DNA from: Eledone cirrhosa
Taxonomy: Eukaryota
Direction of reading: 5' to 3'
Assembly: GCA_964016885.1 (NCBI GenBank)
Contig: OZ024745.1
Span: forward strand, 2,790,001 to 2,854,000
DNA length: 64,000 nucleotides
Shown: one piece after another, positions 58,301 to 64,000 of the stretch
Numbering within the stretch: the stretch's first letter is position 1
Layout: every line of letters begins with the position of its first letter
The notes under the pieces: model-generated
The model's database searches: none
What the model was told of the DNA's origin: nothing
The model's input: the letters and a program-made list of their open reading frames with translations, nothing else
Program-made: the position numbers and the translations under genes

Positions 58301-61300
58301 GGCGGTTGTATGGTAGAATCAGTTATATAATTATATAACAGTGTTGGTGGTTGTATGGTAGAACGAGTTATATAATTATATAACAGTGTTGGTGGTGGTA
58401 TGGTAGAACCAGTTATATAATTATATAACAGTGTTGGTGGTGGTATGGTAGAACCAGTTATATAATTATATAACAGTGTTGGTGGTTGTATGGTAGAACC
58501 AGTGATATAATTATATAACAGTGTTGGTGGTGGTATGGTAGAGCCAGTTATATAATTATATAACAGTGTTGGTGGTGGTATGGTAGAACCAGTTATATAA
58601 TTATATAACAGTGTTGGTGGTTGTATGGTAGAACCAGTGATATAATTATATAACAGTGTTGGTGGTTGAATGGTAGAACCAGTTATATAATTATATAACA
58701 GTGTTGGTGGTTGTATGGTAGAACCAGTTATATAATTATATAACAGTTTTGGTGGTTGTATGGTAGAACCAGTTATATAATTATATAACAGTGTTGGCGG
58801 TTGTATGGTAGAACCAGTTATATAATTATATAACAGTGTTGGCGGTTGTATGGTAGAACCAGTTATATAATTACATAACAGTGTTGGTGGTTGTATGGTA
58901 GAACCAGTTATATAATTATATAACAGTGTTGGCGGTTGTATGGTAGAACCACTTATATAATTATATAACAGTGTTGGTGGTTGTATGGTAGAACCAGTTA
59001 TATAATTATATAACAGTGTTGGCGGTTGTATGGTAGAACCAATTATATAATTATATAACAGTGTTGGTGGTTGTATGGTAGAACCAGTTATATAATTATA
59101 TAACAGTGTTGGTGGTTGTATGGTAGAACGAGTTATATAATTATATAACAGTGTTGGTGGTTGTATGGTAGAACCAGTTATATAATTATATAACAGTGTT
59201 GGTGGTTGTATGGTAGAACCAGTGATATAATTATATAACAGTGTTGGTGGTTGTATGGTAGAACCAGTTATATAATTATATAACAGTTGGTGGTTGTATG
59301 GTAGAACCAGTGATATAATTATATAACAGTGTTGGTGGTTGTATGGTAGAACCAGTTATATAATTATATAACAGTGTTGGTGGTTGTATGGTAGAACCAG
59401 TTATATAATTATATAACAGTTGGTGGTTGTATGGTAGAACCAGTGATATAATTATATAACAGTGTTGGTGGGTGTATGGTAGAACCCGTGATATAATTAT
59501 ATAACAGTGTTGGCGGTTGTATGGTAGAACCAGTTATATAATTATATAACAGTGTTGGTGGTTGTATGGTAGAACCAGTTATATAATTATATAACAGTTG
59601 GTGGTCGTATGGTAGAACCAGTTATATAATTATATAACAGTGTTGGTGGTTGTATGGTAGAACCAGTTATATAATTATATAACAGTGTTGGTGGTGGTAT
59701 GGTAGAACCAGTTATATAATTATATAACAGTGTTGGTGGTTGTATGGTAGAACCAGTGATATAATTATATAACAGTGTTGGTGGTGGTATGGTAGAACCA
59801 GTTATATAATTATATAACAGTGTTGGTGGTTGTATGGTAGAACCAGTTATATAATTATATAACAGTGTTGGTGGTTGTATGGTAGAACCACTGGTTATAT
59901 AATTATATAACAGTGTTGGTGGTTGTATGTTAGAACCAGTTATATAATTATATAACAGTTGGTGGTTGTATGGTAGAACCAGTTATATAATTATATAACA
60001 GTGTTGGTGGTTTTATGGTAGAACGAGTTATATAATTATATAACAGTGTTGGTGGTTGTATGGTAGAACGAGTTATATAATTATATAACAGTGTTGGTGG
60101 TTGTATGGTAGAACCAGTTATATAATTATATAACAGTGTTGGTGGTTGTATGGTACAACCAGTTATATAAATATATAACAGTGTTGGCGGTTGTATGGTA
60201 GAACCAATTATATAATTATATAACAGTGTTGGTGGTTGTATGGTAGAACCAGTTATATAATTATATAACAGTGTTGGTGGTTGTATGGTAGAACGAGTGA
60301 TATAATTATATAACAGTGTTGGTGGTTGTATGGTAGAACGTGTTATATAATTATATAACAGTGTTGGTGGTTGTATGGCAGAACCAGTTATATAATTATA
60401 TAACAGTGTTGGTGGTTGTATGGTAGAACCAGTTATATAATTATATAACAGTGTTGGCGGTTGTATGGTAGAACCAGTTATATAATTATATAACAGTGTT
60501 GGTGGTTGTATGGTAGAACCAGTTATATAATTATATAACAGTGTTGGCGGTTGTATGGTAGAACCAGTTATATAATTATATAACAGTGTTGGTGGTTGTA
60601 TGGTAGAACCAGTTATATAATTATATAACAGTGTTGGTGGTTGTATGTTAGAACGAGTTATATAATTATATAACAGTGTTGGTGGTTGTATGGTAGAACC
60701 AGTTATATAATTATATAACAGTGTTGGTGGTTGTATGGTAGAACCAGTTATATAATTATATAACAGTGTTGGTGGTTGTATGGTAGAACGAGTTATATAA
60801 TTATATAACAGTATTGGTGGTTGTATGGTAGAACGAGTTATATAATTATATAACAGTGTTGGTGGTTGTATGGTAGAACCAGTTATATAATTATATAACA
60901 GTGTTGGTGGTTGTATGGTAGAACCCCTGGTTATATAATTATATAACAGTGTTGGCGGTTGTATGGTAGAACCAGTTATATAATTATATAACAGTGTTGG
61001 TGGTTGTATGGTAGAACGAGTTATATAATTATATAACAGTGTTGGTGGTTGTATGGTAGAACGAGTTATATAATTATATAACAGTGTTGGTGGTTGTATG
61101 GTAGAACCAGTTATATAATTATATAACAGTGTTGGTGGTTGTATGGTAGAACCAGTTATATTATTATATAACAGTGTTGGTGGTTGTATGGTAGAACGAG
61201 TTATATAATTATATAACAGTGTTGGTGGTTGTATGGTAGAACCAGTTATATAATTATATAACAGTGTTGGTGGTTGTATGGTAGAACCACTGGTTATATA

Positions 61301-63700
61301 ATTATATAACAGTGTTGGCGGTTGTATGGTAGAACCAGCTATATAATTATATAACAGTTGGTGGTAGTTGTATGGTAGAACCAGTGATATAATTATATAA
61401 CAGTGTTGGTGGTTGTATGGTAGAACCAGTTATATAATTATATAACAGTGTTGGTGGTTGTATGGTAGAACCAGTTATATAATTATATAACAGTGATGGT
61501 GGTTGTATTGTAGAACCAGTTATATAATTATATAACAGTGTTGGTGGTAGTATGGTAGAACGAGTTATATAATTATATAACAGTGTTGGTGGTTGTATGG
61601 TAGAACCAGTGATATAATTATATAACAGTGTTGGTGGTTGTATGGTAGAACCAGTTATATAATTATATAACAGTGTTGGTGGTTGTATGGTAGAACCAGT
61701 GATATAATTATATAACAGTGTTGGTGGTGGTATGGTAGAACCAGTTATATAATTATATAACAGTGTTGGTGGTGGTATGGTAGAACCAGTTATATAATTA
61801 TATAACAGTGTTGGTGGTTGTATGGTAGAACCAGTTATATAATTATATAACAGTGTTGGTGGTTGTATGGTAGAACCACTGGTTATATAATTATATAACA
61901 GTGTTGGTGGTTGTATGGTAGAACCAGTTATATAATTATATAACAGTTGGTGGTTGTATGGTAGAACCAGTTATATAATTATATAACAGTGTTGGTGGTT
62001 GTATGGTAGAACGAGTTATATAATTATATAACAGTGTTGGTGGTTGTATGGTAGAACCAGTTATATAATTATATAACAGTGTTGGTGGTGGTATGGTAGA
62101 ACCAGTTATATAATTATATAACAGTGTTGGTGGTTGTATGGTAGAACCACTGGTTATATAATTATATAACAGTGTTGGTGGTTGTATGGTAGAACCATTT
62201 ATATAATTATATAACAGTGTTGGTGGTTGTATGGTAGAACCAGTGATATAATTATATAACAGTGTTGGTGGTGGTATGGTAGAACCAGTTATATAATTAT
62301 ATAACAGTGTTGGTGGTGGTATGGTAGAACCAGTTATATAATTATATAACAGTGTTGGTGGTTGTATGGTAGAACCAGTGATATAATTATATAACAGTGT
62401 TGGTGGTGGTATGGTAGAACCAGTTATATAATTATATAACAGTGTTGGTGGTTGTATGGTAGAACCAGTTATATAATTATATAACAGTGTTGGTGGTTGT
62501 ATGGTAGAACCACTGATTATATAATTATATAACAGTGTTGGTGGTAGTATGGTAGAACGAGTTATATAATTATATAACAGTGTTGGTGGTTGTATGGTAG
62601 AACCAGTTATATAATTATATAACAGTGTTGGTGGTTGTATGGTAGAACGAGTTATATAATTATATAACATTGTTGGTGGTTGTATGGTAGAACGAGTTAT
62701 ATAATTATATAACAGTGTTGGTGGTTGTATGGTAGAACCAGTTATATAATTATATAACAGTGTTGTGGTTGTATGGTAGAACCAGTTATATAATTATATA
62801 ACAGTGTTGGCGGTTGTATGGTAGAACCAGTTATATAATTATATAACAGTGTTGGTGGTTGTATGGTAGAACCAGTTATATAATTATATAACAGTGTTGG
62901 CGGTTGTATGGTAGAACAAGTTATATAATTATATAACAGTGTTGGTGGTTGTATGGTAGAACCAGTTATATAATTATATAACAGTGTTGGTGGTTGTATG
63001 GTAGAACCAGTTATATAATTATATAACAGTGTTGGCGGTTGTATGGTGGAACCAGTTATATAATTATATAACAGTGTTGGTGGTTGTATGGTAGAACCAG
63101 TTATATAATTATATAACAGTATTGGCGGTTGTATGGTAGAACCAGTTATATAATTATATAACAGTGTTGGTGGTTGTATGGTAGAACCAGTTATATAATT
63201 ATATAACAGTGTTGGTGGTTGTATGGTAGAACGAGTTATATAATTATATAACACTGTTGGTGGTTGTATGGTAGAACCAGTTATATAATTATATAACAGT
63301 GTTAGTGGTTGTATGGTAGAACCAGTTATATAATTATATAACAGTGTTGGTGGTTGTATGGTAGAACGAGTTATATAATTATATAACAGTGTTGGTGGTT
63401 GTATGGTAGAACGAGTTATATAATTATATAACAGTGTTGGTGGTTGTATGGTAGAACCAGTTATATAATTATATAACAGTGTTGGTGGTTGTATGGTAGA
63501 ACCACTGGTTATATAATTATATAACAGTGTTGGCGGTTGTATGGTAGAACCAGTTATATAATTATATAACAGTGTTGGTGGTTGTATGGTAGAACGAGTT
63601 ATATAATTATATAACAGTGTTGGTGGTTGTATGGTAGAACGAGTTATATAATTATATAACAGTGTTGGTGGTTGTATGGTAGAACCAGTTATATAATTAT
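31600..63700 (+). repeat. Three near-identical large higher-order units of about 11.2, 9.3 and 11.6 kb
   Basis: Private markers occur once per unit, e.g. AGAGCCAG, GGTTGAATGG, AACGTGTT, AACCCCTGG, CCACTGATT and AACATTG. The identical ORF triplets 40987/50335/61936, 41793/51141/62742 and 35800/45103/56749 give offsets of 9,303-9,348 and 11,601-11,646. Confidence 0.92.
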
Positions 63701-64000
63701 ATAACAGTGTTGGTGGTTGTATGGTAGAACGAGTTATATAATTATATAACAGTGTTGGTGGTTGTATGGTAGAACGAGTTATATAATTATATAACAGTGT
63801 TGGTGGTTGTATGGTAGAACCAGTTATATAATTATATAACAGTGTTGGTGGTTGTATGGTAGAACGAGTTATATAATTATATAACAGTGTTGGTGGTTGT
63901 ATGGTAGAACGAGTTATATAATTATATAACAGTGTTGGTGGTTGTATGGTAGAACCAGTTATATAATTATATAACAGTGTTGGTGGTTGTATGGTAGAAC

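Larger units (their letters stand above)
1..64000 (+). repeat. Tandem satellite array of a 45-bp monomer (GGTAGAACCAGTTATATAATTATATAACAGTGTTGGTGGTTGTAT), about 1,420 head-to-tail copies, with length variants of 37, 43, 44, 46 and 48 bp
   Basis: Positions 1-45 repeat directly at 46-90 and onward to the window end with no intervening unique sequence. Monomers typically differ from consensus by 0-2 changes. Monomer composition is A14 C3 G11 T17. Confidence 0.99.

Noticed and set aside
14121-63254. The 17 minus-strand ORFs (107-558 aa) as protein-coding genes
   Set aside because: They are pure translations of the 15-codon monomer. Starts are point variants of one CTG codon (mostly GTG/TTG), ends are frameshifts at 43/44-bp monomers, and there is no non-repeat sequence.
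1-64000. CRISPR array (palindromic repeat at regular spacing)
   Set aside because: The sequence between palindromes is as conserved as the palindrome itself. There are no unique spacers, leader or cas genes.
1-64000. Variant pattern as an encoded message or a frame-compensating indel system (43/46/48-mers)
   Set aside because: Variant order is explained by nested duplications, and the indels do not systematically restore frame or period.
1-64000. Rolling-circle or sequencing concatemer artefact
   Set aside because: Rare variants recur at exact multi-kb offsets in a nested pattern, which random read error on a single template would not produce. The copy number of the largest units still needs read validation.
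1-64000. Embedded transposon, inversion or unique island within the array
   Set aside because: None was found on reading through. All monomers are in the same orientation and the largest local deviation seen is an 8-bp deletion.

Overview
The whole 64 kb window is one uninterrupted head-to-tail tandem array (satellite DNA) of a 45-bp monomer, consensus GGTAGAACCAGTTATATAATTATATAACAGTGTTGGTGGTTGTAT. It holds about 1,420 copies, is 31% GC, and every copy is in the same orientation. The array runs off both ends of the window. I see no unique sequence, genes, RNA genes, transposon fragments or CRISPR spacers. Each monomer has a perfect 18-bp AT-rich palindrome (GTTATATAATTATATAAC) and a strand-asymmetric G/T-rich arm. 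All listed ORFs are by-products of the 45-bp (15-codon) period: they start at point variants and end at frameshifting 43/44-bp monomers. The interesting signal is in the variants. First, they trace a nested hierarchy of duplications: about 1.5, 2.7, 3.1, 3.2 and 3.6 kb, then 9.3-11.6 kb units in the right half, with breakpoints in monomer register. Second, several indels and substitutions perfect, extend or mirror the palindrome, which suggests hairpin-templated mutagenesis. The organism and function cannot be determined from the sequence. Coordinates and offsets were read by eye, and block boundaries are approximate.
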